Positions 39,999 to 48,864 of a stretch of DNA of 64,000 nucleotides are shown here, piece by piece. Made by a program: the position numbers and the translations under genes. Under the pieces are notes generated by a model. The model was not told where the DNA came from. It did no database searches and was given only the letters and a program-made list of their open reading frames with translations. Source of the stretch: Comamonas sp. (GTDB lineage: Bacteria; Pseudomonadota; Gammaproteobacteria; Burkholderiales; Burkholderiaceae_C). The stretch lies in assembly GCA_015478895.1 (NCBI GenBank), contig JADMKK010000024.1, positions 37,803 through 101,802 of the forward strand, given 5' to 3'. Numbering within the stretch: position 1 is the stretch's first letter; each line of letters opens with the position of its first letter.

Positions 39999-41155
39999 GT
40001 CAGCAGTTTGATTTCAACCGTCTTAACAACGAAGAGTTTCGCCGTCGCTGGTCGAGCTGGATTGCGCAAAATTATCCCTCTGAGCTGCGCAATCCACTCA
40101 AGCGACTGACTGGGGATGAGGCACGCCAATGGTTGCGTGCGCAGTTGCGGGATGGTTGGCGTGCGCCTAGCCTGCCCCGGGATTTCGGTGGAATGGGCCT
40201 GAGCCTAGACAAACAACTGATCTACCAAGAAGAGCTGGAAACCTATGGCGTGGCGCGCCCGATTGACCACGGCCTGCGTTTATTGGCGCCGGTGTTGCTC
40301 AAGTATGGAACGGCCGAACAGAAGGCCACTTATCTGCCCCGCATTCTGAATTGTGAGGACATGTGGTGCCAAGGCTATTCCGAGCCTAACGCGGGTTCTG
40401 ATCTGGCCAACCTGAAAACCAGTGCAGTGGTCGATGGTGACGACTTTGTAGTCAATGGTCAGAAGATCTGGACCACCTTGGCAACCGATGCCAGCAAAAT
40501 TTTTATGCTGGTTCGCACCAGTACGGAAGGCAAGAAGCAGCAAGGCATGACCTTTTTGCTGGCAGACCTGGATACACCCGGCATCAAGATTCGCCCCATC
40601 CGCACCCTGGCTGGCGATGAGCATTTTTGTGAGATTTTCTTTGATGACGTGCGTGTGCCTCGTGCCAATGTTGTCGGGCAGGTGGGTGATGGCTGGACGG
40701 TGGGTAAGGCATTGCTGGGGTTTGAGCGTTTTAGCCATGGTTCACCAGAACTGATTCGCTATGCCTTGGGCGTGCTGCATCAAGCAGGTGATGTGATGGG
40801 GTTGTCTCACCAGCAAAGTTTCCAGCAATTGCTGGGCGGGTTCGAGTGCGATGTGGCCGATGCCGGTGCGCTGTATGAGCAGGTATGTGAAGTCGCTTTG
40901 TCAGGAGGCAATGCCGATGATGATTTCTCAATGCTCAAACTCTTTAACAGCGAGACTTTGCAGCGCATTGCCGAGGCGTGTACCGAGGTCGTCAATCAGT
41001 ACGGCGGACTGATGGGTGAAGAGGCTATCCCTGGCCTGGGCACCGACCTTGAGTGGCTCTACATGATCACGCGCCCCGTCACCATTTTTGGCGGAACAGC
41101 ACAGGTGCAGCGTAATTTGCTGGCGGCCCGCACGCTAGGGTTGCCCAAATCCTAA
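39995..41155 (+). CDS. Acyl-CoA dehydrogenase family protein
   Basis: WCQGYSEPNAGSDLA, NGQKIWTT, LGFER, TIFGGT; overlaps the upstream ACAD by ATGA. Confidence 0.93.
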   Translation: MSQQFDFNRLNNEEFRRRWSSWIAQNYPSELRNPLKRLTGDEARQWLRAQLRDGWRAPSLPRDFGGMGLSLDKQLIYQEELETYGVARPIDHGLRLLAPVLLKYGTAEQKATYLPRILNCEDMWCQGYSEPNAGSDLANLKTSAVVDGDDFVVNGQKIWTTLATDASKIFMLVRTSTEGKKQQGMTFLLADLDTPGIKIRPIRTLAGDEHFCEIFFDDVRVPRANVVGQVGDGWTVGKALLGFERFSHGSPELIRYALGVLHQAGDVMGLSHQQSFQQLLGGFECDVADAGALYEQVCEVALSGGNADDDFSMLKLFNSETLQRIAEACTEVVNQYGGLMGEEAIPGLGTDLEWLYMITRPVTIFGGTAQVQRNLLAARTLGLPKS

Positions 41156-41245
41156 GTGAACAGAGGCTGTAGCCACTGCGCTGCAGTCCATTCTTTTTTG
41201 TCTTCAAGCACAGACACTGTGCCCCTATTGGACCGAGCTTGCCCC

Positions 41246-43342
41246 ATGACATACCAGTCTCTTGATCCTTTGTTTTCCCCGGCATCCATTGCCGTGATTG
41301 GCGCCTCTTCTGACCCGCGCAAGATTGGCGGACGTCCCATTGCCTATATGTTGCGCAGTGGTTATGCCGGCAAAATTTTGCCGATTAACCCCAAACAGTC
41401 TGAAATTCAGGGGTTGCCAGCTTTCGCCTCTTTGGCGGCTGTGGGCCATCCTGTGGACCAAGTGATCGTGGCAGTGTCCGGAGCCTTGGTAGAAGGCGCG
41501 GTAGAAGAAGCACTGGCGCAGCAGGCGCGCTCGATTGTGATTTTCAGCTCCGGGTTCGGCGAAGTCGGACATGAAGGCAAGCAAAAGCAGGAGGAGCTGG
41601 CGCGTCGCTGTGCTGATGCAGGTGTGCAATTGGTTGGCCCCAATTGCATCGGCATTTTCAGCACCCGTAATGCCATGTATTCCACCTTCATGAGCGCTTT
41701 AGAGCACGAAATGTTTGAGCCTGGCAATGTGGGTATCGTGAGCCAGAGTGGTGCTATTGGCTCTTACCTCTACGGCCTGGCAGGTGACCGTGGTGTGCGT
41801 TTCAGCCACTTTGTGGCAACGGGCAATGAAGCTGGTGTGGACGTAGCGGCCTGCATCGAGTGGATGGCACACGATCCCAATACCAAGGTGATCTTGGCCT
41901 ATCTGGAAGGTTGTCAAGATGGCTACCGGCTGCGCAATGCCTTAGAGACTGCACGCCAGCAACGCAAGCCCGTGGTGGTCATGAAAGTCGGCGCGTCTGA
42001 GCAAGGTGCTGCAGCTGCCGCCTCTCACACAGGGTCACTGGCAGGCGCTGATGTGGTGTTTGACAGCGTTTTTAAGGAGTGCGGTGCTTGGCGCGCTCAG
42101 ACCATGGAAGAGCTGGTGGATATTGCCTATGCCTGTTCTATCTCCGTGCTGCCCCATGGCAATCGACTGGGCGTTATCACGCCATCGGGTGGGATTGGTG
42201 TCATTGCTGCTGACGAGTGTGAGCGCAGTGGTCTGGTGCTGCCGCATTTGCCAGAGAAGTTGCAGGCAGAGATCAAGTCCATCGTGCCGTTTGCCAGTGG
42301 TGTGAACCCGGTCGACACGACCGGACAGGTTGTTAGCGATCGTCAGCTCTTCAACAAGATCATGAAGATCGTGTTTGAGTTCGACGGCTTTGACAGCATT
42401 CTGAGTTTTAACGCCAACATTGGAAAAACAGAGATTGAGTGGGGCAAGGTGCGGGATGATCTGCTGGCGTTACGTCGCCAGCACCCCGAGAAATTGGTGG
42501 CGCTGAGCATGCGTTCTGCTCCCGAAGTGGTGAAGGAACTGGAAGATCACCAGATCCTTTACTTTTCGGATACGGCCGTGGCGACGCGCACCATCGGTGC
42601 CTTGGCATGGATTGCTCAGGCCCAGCAGTGGCCCGCCATGTCCGTGCCTGCCGCTGCACCTGCCCAGGCTGCGCTGCAATGGTCCGAAGCGGCCATTGAT
42701 GAAGCGCAGGCGCGCCAGATTTTGGAGGTAGCTGGCATTCCTTTTGCCCCGCAGAAAGTGGTCGACAGTGCCCAGGCTGCGGCCCAGGCGGCTGCAGAAA
42801 TGGGCTTTCCCGTGGTGATCAAGGTGCTGTCGCCGGACATTGCTCATAAGAGCGATGTAGGTGGCGTGCTGCTGAATCTGGCTACGGAACAAGAGGTGTT
42901 GGAGGGCTGGAAACGCATGATGGACCAGGTGCACAGCCATTGTCCGGATGCACGTCTGCAAGGCGCGGTCGTGTCGCCGATGATCAAAGGTGGCACGGAA
43001 ACTGTATTGGGCATGGTCAATGACCCCGTCTTTGGCCCCATGGTCATGTTTGGTCTGGGCGGTATCTTTGTAGAAATTTTCAAGGATGTGAAGTTCCACA
43101 CTGCGCCGCTGAACATGGCCCAAGCCCAGACAATGATCAGCTCCATCAAGGGCTTTCCTTTGCTCGACGGCGCGCGTGGCAAACCAAAAGCCGATGTGCA
43201 TTGCCTGGCCCAGGCGCTGGTCAGCCTGTCTAACTTTGTATTTGACAATGCCGCCGACTTGGCCAGCGTAGAAATCAATCCTTTTATCGCCTTGCCGCAG
43301 GGCGGTTACGCCGTGGACGCGCTGATTATTCGTCGCAGCTAA
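41246..43342 (+). CDS. ADP-forming acyl-CoA synthetase (acetate-CoA ligase family, fused subunits)
   Basis: IAVIGAS CoA-binding domain, GPNCIG, ASHTGSLAG (phospho-His), HKSDVGGV ATP-grasp, EINP. Confidence 0.93.
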   Translation: MTYQSLDPLFSPASIAVIGASSDPRKIGGRPIAYMLRSGYAGKILPINPKQSEIQGLPAFASLAAVGHPVDQVIVAVSGALVEGAVEEALAQQARSIVIFSSGFGEVGHEGKQKQEELARRCADAGVQLVGPNCIGIFSTRNAMYSTFMSALEHEMFEPGNVGIVSQSGAIGSYLYGLAGDRGVRFSHFVATGNEAGVDVAACIEWMAHDPNTKVILAYLEGCQDGYRLRNALETARQQRKPVVVMKVGASEQGAAAAASHTGSLAGADVVFDSVFKECGAWRAQTMEELVDIAYACSISVLPHGNRLGVITPSGGIGVIAADECERSGLVLPHLPEKLQAEIKSIVPFASGVNPVDTTGQVVSDRQLFNKIMKIVFEFDGFDSILSFNANIGKTEIEWGKVRDDLLALRRQHPEKLVALSMRSAPEVVKELEDHQILYFSDTAVATRTIGALAWIAQAQQWPAMSVPAAAPAQAALQWSEAAIDEAQARQILEVAGIPFAPQKVVDSAQAAAQAAAEMGFPVVIKVLSPDIAHKSDVGGVLLNLATEQEVLEGWKRMMDQVHSHCPDARLQGAVVSPMIKGGTETVLGMVNDPVFGPMVMFGLGGIFVEIFKDVKFHTAPLNMAQAQTMISSIKGFPLLDGARGKPKADVHCLAQALVSLSNFVFDNAADLASVEINPFIALPQGGYAVDALIIRRS

Positions 43343-43389
43343 CGTGCAGCGGTGCAGAAGGCCTCCTGGCCGATGACACCGCTTCCATC

Positions 43390-43426
43390 AACAAAAAGGG
43401 CACTTTCTGAGAGTGCCCTTTTTGTT
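43390..43426. terminator. Bidirectional terminator inside the island
   Basis: AACAAAAAGGGCACT...AGTGCCCTTTTTGTT between convergent genes. Confidence 0.88.
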
Positions 43427-43465
43427 GCGTGCAAATGTCGAGGAACTAAATGCTTGGCCGCTACT

Positions 43466-44326
43466 TTAAGCGGCAGGGGCAATCGTGGCCCATCCGTTGT
43501 CCAGAACCTTGGCACCACGTTCTTGTGCAAATGCACGAAAGGCGATGCCGTCGCCTTCATGCCACGTCTCAAATTGCAATGTTTCTCCGGGAAAAACGCT
43601 GGCAGAAAAACGTGTATCCAGCGACAGCAGACGCTGCGGGGCGTAATCCAGCCAGCCTTTTAACAACGCACGTGCAGCCATGCCGTAGGTGCACAGACCA
43701 TGCAGTGGTGGTTGTGTGAAACCCGCTTTGTGTGCCACGGCTGGGTCCACATGCAAGGGGTTACGGTCCACATTCAAGCGATACAGCAATGCGGCACATG
43801 CTGAGGTTGGCAGGGTAATGATTTGATCTGCGGGCCGTGTGGGCAAGGCCTTGAGCGTCAGCGTTTCGCCGAAGGAGCCACAGCCACCATCGGCTCTGCA
43901 AAACGAAGAGTGCCGGATGGTAATAAACAGCGTGCCGTCTTCGCCAACGAGCTGGCGCTCAAGATGCAAGATTGCCCCTTTTTCGCTGCCCTTGTCCTGA
44001 ATGCCAATGACGCGTGCCTTGGAGACTAGGTAGCCATTGGCAGGCAGCGGCTGATGGAACTGCATGCGTTGCTCGCCATGCACCACCTTACTGCGAGTTG
44101 CGCCCGTGCGCGGGTCTGTCAGCCAGGCACCGGGATGGCACAGCACGGCACCCATGGTGGGAACCGCGCGCAATTGTTGCTCATAAACAAAAGGCAGCTC
44201 CTGCTCGTTCAGTGGATCAGCACCAAAGCCCAGGCTCAACGCGTACAGCATGACATCTTTGTCAAGGTACACCGTGCGGACCTCTGGGAACTCCCAATTT
44301 TTCAGGTTTTCAATATGCAGTGGCAT
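43466..44326 (-). CDS. MaoC double-hot-dog (R)-specific enoyl-CoA hydratase
   Basis: VVHGEQ, YRLNVDRNPLHVDP hydratase-2 motif, PPLHGLCTYG. Confidence 0.92.
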   Translation of the reverse strand: MPLHIENLKNWEFPEVRTVYLDKDVMLYALSLGFGADPLNEQELPFVYEQQLRAVPTMGAVLCHPGAWLTDPRTGATRSKVVHGEQRMQFHQPLPANGYLVSKARVIGIQDKGSEKGAILHLERQLVGEDGTLFITIRHSSFCRADGGCGSFGETLTLKALPTRPADQIITLPTSACAALLYRLNVDRNPLHVDPAVAHKAGFTQPPLHGLCTYGMAARALLKGWLDYAPQRLLSLDTRFSASVFPGETLQFETWHEGDGIAFRAFAQERGAKVLDNGWATIAPAA

Positions 44327-44383
44327 CGTCGTAAAGCGCAAAAAGGCCTGTACAGGCCTTTGGTGGATGGAAGGGAGAAAGAA

Positions 44384-45307
44384 TTAAATGGCTTCCCAGG
44401 AAATCACATCCTTGGTGCGCTCCAGGGGCGTCAAACTGTTCTTGAATGCATTCGGGAGCGTCTGTGCAATTGAGTCCACCGACCAGCCTTCACTGCGGTG
44501 CAAAGTGCGTGTGGGGCGGGGTTGGTTGTAGAGGTAAATTTCATTGCCGCGTGCGCCAAAAATCTGACCGCTGATGGTTTTTGCTGCGTCAGCGCACAAA
44601 AAGGCCGCCAGCGGTGCAATCTGCTCGGGGCGTGTGCTCTGGCGGCGTTTTTCCAGGTATTTTTCTTGCTCTTGCGGCGACAGACCTGGCACGCTTTCGA
44701 TCATGCGGCTGAATGCATGGGGGGCAATGCAATTGGAGCGCACGCCAAAACGTGCCATGTCCATCGCCATGGAGCGCGACAGTCCCACAATGCCCATTTT
44801 GGCTGCGGCATAGTTCGCCTGACCAATGCCACCGATTAATCCGGAGGTCGACGTCATATGTACCAACGCACCTGCGCCTTGTTCACGGAAATGCACTGCG
44901 GCTGCACGGCTCATATTGAACGCGCCATACAAATGCACTTTGATGACGGAGTCGAAATCACTGGGTGTCATCTTGTGAAAAATCGAATCCCGCAAAATGC
45001 CAGCGCTGTTGACTACGGCATCCACGCGGCCAAATGCTGTGATGGCAGCGGCAATGATGGCTTCTGCGCTGTCCCACTCGGAGACGCTGAGCGTGTTGGC
45101 GATGGCTTTACCGCCAAAAGCGGTGATCTCATTGACCACTTCTTGCGCAGCAGACAGTTTTTCCTGCTCGCCATTGAGCGAAACACCCAGGTCATTGACA
45201 ACCACCTGCGCGCCTTCTTTGGCCAGCTCAATGGCTACGCTGCGGCCAACGCCGCCGCCAGCACCGGTAACGACGACAACTTTGTCTTGGAGAGATGGAG
45301 TGTTCAT
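44384..45307 (-). CDS. SDR oxidoreductase (MFE-2-like 3-hydroxyacyl-CoA dehydrogenase type)
   Basis: TGAGGGVG, VVVNDLG, NSAGILRD, YAAAK catalytic motif. Confidence 0.93.
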   Translation of the reverse strand: MNTPSLQDKVVVVTGAGGGVGRSVAIELAKEGAQVVVNDLGVSLNGEQEKLSAAQEVVNEITAFGGKAIANTLSVSEWDSAEAIIAAAITAFGRVDAVVNSAGILRDSIFHKMTPSDFDSVIKVHLYGAFNMSRAAAVHFREQGAGALVHMTSTSGLIGGIGQANYAAAKMGIVGLSRSMAMDMARFGVRSNCIAPHAFSRMIESVPGLSPQEQEKYLEKRRQSTRPEQIAPLAAFLCADAAKTISGQIFGARGNEIYLYNQPRPTRTLHRSEGWSVDSIAQTLPNAFKNSLTPLERTKDVISWEAI

Positions 45308-45464
45308 ATCTTATGGAGTAAGTGCGAATGAAAGCTTCACGCCAGTGGCGCTGTGTGAGGCCATTCTTGCGTTTCGCTGACCCGGGCATGCAGCGAAAAA
45401 GTCATAATGCTTTACAAAAAATCAATTCTTGAAGCCCATCGCGCAGACCGGAGTACCCCTCACC

Positions 45465-46355
45465 ATGAAGATGCCGCCCCTTAATCCACTGCACGTGTTT
45501 TCCATCGTGGCGCGGCACCAAAGCCTGCTGACTGCGGCGCAGGTTCTGGGGGTGACACAGTCCGCAGTCAGACGCCAGATTTCATCGTTGGAAGATTATT
45601 ACGGCTGCAAACTTTTCAAAAGAAAACGATACGGTTTAGAAGTTTTACCTTTTGCGCAAGACTTGGCGAAAGAAGTGGCGGGGGCATTTGAATTAATTGA
45701 GCAGCAATCAGAAAAATTAAAAAAATCGCTAGAAAAAAATATCAATGAAGTCACTATTAAAACTTACACAAGTTTTGCTGGTAACTGGTTGATTCCTAAT
45801 CTCAGTGAGTTTTTTGCCTTGCATCCTGAAATAAAAATCGTAATTAAAACTGGAGCCAAGCCCATTGATTTTCGAGAAAATGAGGGTGATATTTCTATTC
45901 AAATCATTAATCATGATAAAAATGGCTATCAATCGACACTTTTGTTTGAGGATACTATTGAGCCTGTGTGTTCACCAGAATTTCTCAAGAAATATGCTCC
46001 CAATCCCAAGTACCCATCGTCCATACTAAGACAGCCTGTCATTACGACGGATTATCGAGATTTTGACTGGAACACCTGGGTCGATCAATGTGGCTATCAA
46101 GAAGACTTTAAACCAGACAGAAGTTTGAATCTTGGTAATGCTTTGCTGGCTTGGGATGCAGCTGCCAATGGTATTGGTGTGGCCATGGGGCAAACCATAC
46201 TGTTAAAAGAGAAAATTAAAAATAACAGATTAACTACGCCATTTAATTTGCCTGTGAAAACAGGTATGAAATACTATGTCATTTTGCCTGAGAAAAATGC
46301 GAAGGCTGGGGCATTGATTTTCAAGGAATGGTTATTGAAGAAGTTTTTGTTTTAA
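45465..46355 (+). CDS. LysR-family regulator (GcvA-like), AT-rich
   Basis: HTH LGVTQSAVRRQISSLE, LFKR, WLIPNLSEF; divergent from the SDR gene. Confidence 0.92.
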   Translation: MKMPPLNPLHVFSIVARHQSLLTAAQVLGVTQSAVRRQISSLEDYYGCKLFKRKRYGLEVLPFAQDLAKEVAGAFELIEQQSEKLKKSLEKNINEVTIKTYTSFAGNWLIPNLSEFFALHPEIKIVIKTGAKPIDFRENEGDISIQIINHDKNGYQSTLLFEDTIEPVCSPEFLKKYAPNPKYPSSILRQPVITTDYRDFDWNTWVDQCGYQEDFKPDRSLNLGNALLAWDAAANGIGVAMGQTILLKEKIKNNRLTTPFNLPVKTGMKYYVILPEKNAKAGALIFKEWLLKKFLF

Positions 46356-46430
46356 TGTGGAATAAATTTACTGTATTTAAATGATATGTTGGTTAAAAGC
46401 TTTGGCTGAGGTAGAAAAAATAAAAAATTC

Positions 46431-46510
46431 ATAGCAGCATGCCGTTAAAGAAAAAGGGTTTCAGATACTTATCTATCTGAAACCCTTGATACGTGCCGGC
46501 AAGCCGCTAT
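46431..46510. repeat. 80-bp palindromic element, copy 4
   Basis: ATAGCAGCATGCCG...CCGGCAAGCCGCTAT ends; inner AGGGTTTCAGATA/TATCTGAAACCCT. Confidence 0.8.
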
Positions 46511-46600
46511 AAAAGTTTAGTCTTGTGGGCGGAAACCGATCAGGAACTCGGATGGCACCTTGCCATTGGTGTCGCGTGGCAAGGTATCGGTTTTGTGCAG
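46431..46600. repeat. 170-bp direct repeat, right copy (80-bp element copy 4 plus functional tolA 3' end)
   Basis: Aligns without gaps to 35945..36114. Confidence 0.95.
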
Positions 46601-47656
46601 CGCGCGCACCACGGCGTCGTCCCAGGCTTTGTTGCCGCTCGATTGCACCAGCTGCACGCCGGTGATCGTGCCATCGGGCGCAGCGCGCACGCGCACTTCA
46701 GCCCGCGGGTTGCCGCTGACCATGTCGGGGTAGACGATGTTGGGCTTGACCTTGGCCGCCACTTTGGCGCCGTAGCCGGCAGAGTGGCCCGCTGTGCCGC
46801 CGCCTGTGCCCTTGCCACCGTTGGGGCCGCTGCTTTTTTCAGCAGAACCGGTTCCGCCAGAACCAGCCTGAGCAGCCATGTTCTTCAGGTTTTCCTGGCG
46901 CATGCGCTCCAGTTCCTTGGCGGCCTTGGCATCTTTGGCGGCTTGTTCTTTCTTGCGTTTGTCGTCCGCAGCTTTCTTTTCTGCAGCCAGCTTGGCGGCT
47001 TTTTCTTTCTCCAGCTTCTCTTTTTCGCGTTTTTCCTTCTCGGCTTTTTCGCGCTTTTCTTTTTCTAAGCGGTCTTTCTTCTGCTGCTCCGCTTTGTCGC
47101 GCTTTTGTTGCTCCAGCTTGTCTTTGCGTTCCTGCTCGGCCTTGTCCTTGCGCGCTTGTTCAGCCTTTTCTTTTTCGAGCTTGGATTGCTCCGCTTTTTC
47201 CGCTTTTTCTCGCTCGGCCTTTTCTTTGGCTTTTTGCGCGGCAAGCTCGCGCTGCTTTTGCTCGGCTTCCTGCTTTTTGCGTTCTTGCAAAGCAATTTCG
47301 GCATCACGCTCAGCTTGCAGTTCTTGCTGCGAAGGCTGGGGTGGAGCCGGTGGTGGCGGCAAGGGGACGGGTTCCGGTTCTGGTTCGGGCTCCGGTGTCG
47401 GCTCCGGCTCCGGTATGGGCTCTGGTTCTGGGGCGGGCTGGGGCACTGGCACAGCCGCGCGCGGTGCCGCCTGCACAAAGGTGTCGCTCCACAGCTCCGC
47501 TTCGACAGCGGCCTGCTCGACGGCCACGGGTGGACTGACTTTCCACATGAAAGCGCCTACCAGCACGGCGTGAGCCAGCAGTGCCAGCACCCAGTTGCGC
47601 AGACGCTTGGACGGGCGGGGCGGGGCAAAGGGGTCTTGGTCTAGGCGAGAGTGCAT
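46517..47656 (-). CDS. tolA: Tol-Pal protein TolA
   Basis: N-terminal TM with HAVL, PEPEP tract, Lys/Glu/Ala helix, TonB-C-like domain (SSGNKAWDDAV). Confidence 0.93.
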   Translation of the reverse strand: MHSRLDQDPFAPPRPSKRLRNWVLALLAHAVLVGAFMWKVSPPVAVEQAAVEAELWSDTFVQAAPRAAVPVPQPAPEPEPIPEPEPTPEPEPEPEPVPLPPPPAPPQPSQQELQAERDAEIALQERKKQEAEQKQRELAAQKAKEKAEREKAEKAEQSKLEKEKAEQARKDKAEQERKDKLEQQKRDKAEQQKKDRLEKEKREKAEKEKREKEKLEKEKAAKLAAEKKAADDKRKKEQAAKDAKAAKELERMRQENLKNMAAQAGSGGTGSAEKSSGPNGGKGTGGGTAGHSAGYGAKVAAKVKPNIVYPDMVSGNPRAEVRVRAAPDGTITGVQLVQSSGNKAWDDAVVRALHKTDTLPRDTNGKVPSEFLIGFRPQD

Positions 47657-47709
47657 GGGGGCAAGAGAAAGCGAGGCGCAGTCAAAAAAATAGTGGGACA
47701 GAACAACGT

Positions 47710-48132
47710 TTACTTGGCGCCAGATTTCACGCCCAGTGCCACACGCACTTCTGCCGCCTGCAATGCCGCCATGGCTTGCACCACAGATTCATACTGCAGT
47801 GTCTTGTCGGCAAGAATTTGCACGGCAGTGTGCTCAGGGTTGCTGCTTTTCCAAGACTTTGCGACGCCTTGAAGTTCGTCCAGCGAAATTTTCTGCTCGC
47901 TGTTTTGCGTTTTGAAGGTGTGGCTGCCGTCCTTGTCTAGCAGGACGTAGGCAATGTTCTTGGCCGCAGGCTTGGACGATTTACCAGCCGTGGGCACATC
48001 AATATTGCCCGGTGTGAGCATGGGCGCTGTCACCATGAAGATGATCAGCAGCACCAGCATCACATCGATGAAGGGCACCATATTGATTTCGTTGACGGTG
48101 CGGCGGCCGCGGCCGCGTGAGCTGACTGCCAT
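47710..48132 (-). CDS. tolR: TolR/ExbD
   Basis: EINMVPFIDVMLVLLIIFMVTAP. Confidence 0.93.
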   Translation of the reverse strand: MAVSSRGRGRRTVNEINMVPFIDVMLVLLIIFMVTAPMLTPGNIDVPTAGKSSKPAAKNIAYVLLDKDGSHTFKTQNSEQKISLDELQGVAKSWKSSNPEHTAVQILADKTLQYESVVQAMAALQAAEVRVALGVKSGAK

Positions 48133-48147
48133 GTGCTGCTTCCTGCT

Positions 48148-48864
48148 TTAGTAGCCCGAGGGCGTTGCGCTGGCACTGGCGGCCGGGCCACTGACATTGC
48201 GTTGCAAGATGTTGGTGAACTCTTCCATGAAGGTCTCTTGGTTGCTGGCAATGCGGTCAATGCTGTTGGCATAACGGTTGTAGGCAGCCACGGCAGGGAT
48301 CGCTGCAAACAGGCCCATGGCCGTAGCCACCAGCGCTTCCGCAATACCGGGGGCTACCGTAGCCAGCGTGACTTGCTCCATGTTGGCAAAGCCGGTAAAG
48401 GCGTGCATCACCCCCCAGACGGTGCCAAACAGGCCGATGTAGGGCGTGATGGAGCCTACAGTTCCAAGGAATGACAGGCCAGATTCAATCTCATCCATCT
48501 CGCGTTGAAAACTGGCGCGCATGGCGCGGCGCGTGCCGTCCAGCAACGTGCCGCCTTCGGTGATGCGGCGCTCACGCAGCTTTTTGTACTCACGCATGCC
48601 GCTGGCAAAAATGCGTTCCATGGGGCCGCCCTGCTTGGCGTTTTGTGTAGCGCTGGTATAGAGATCGTTCAAGCTGTTGCCCGACCAGAAATCTTGCTCA
48701 AACTGCTCGTTGAGGTGGCGCACGCGCTTGATGGCTTGCGCCTTGCGGAAAATGGTGGCCCAGCTTGCGACAGAGGCAACGATAAGGATCAACATGACCA
48801 GTTGAACCACCCAGCTGGCCTGCAAGATGAGGCTGAGGATGGACATGTCTTGGGCTGCGTTCAT
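48148..48864 (-). CDS. tolQ: TolQ
   Basis: PYIGLFGTVWG, APGIAEALVATAMGLFAAIPA. Confidence 0.95.
   Translation of the reverse strand: MNAAQDMSILSLILQASWVVQLVMLILIVASVASWATIFRKAQAIKRVRHLNEQFEQDFWSGNSLNDLYTSATQNAKQGGPMERIFASGMREYKKLRERRITEGGTLLDGTRRAMRASFQREMDEIESGLSFLGTVGSITPYIGLFGTVWGVMHAFTGFANMEQVTLATVAPGIAEALVATAMGLFAAIPAVAAYNRYANSIDRIASNQETFMEEFTNILQRNVSGPAASASATPSGY

Larger units (their letters stand above)
36115..46430. mobile_element. Integrase-less catabolic genomic island inserted at the tolA 3' end
   Basis: Bounded by 170-bp direct repeats; nine catabolic/regulatory genes; AT-rich junctions; no recombinase gene. Confidence 0.75.

Noticed and set aside
46860-47480. Long opposite-strand ORFs over tolA (e.g. 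46878..47573 +) and over sdhA, acnB, trhP, gltA
   Set aside because: Shadow ORFs produced by biased codon usage and low-complexity sequence of real genes on the other strand.
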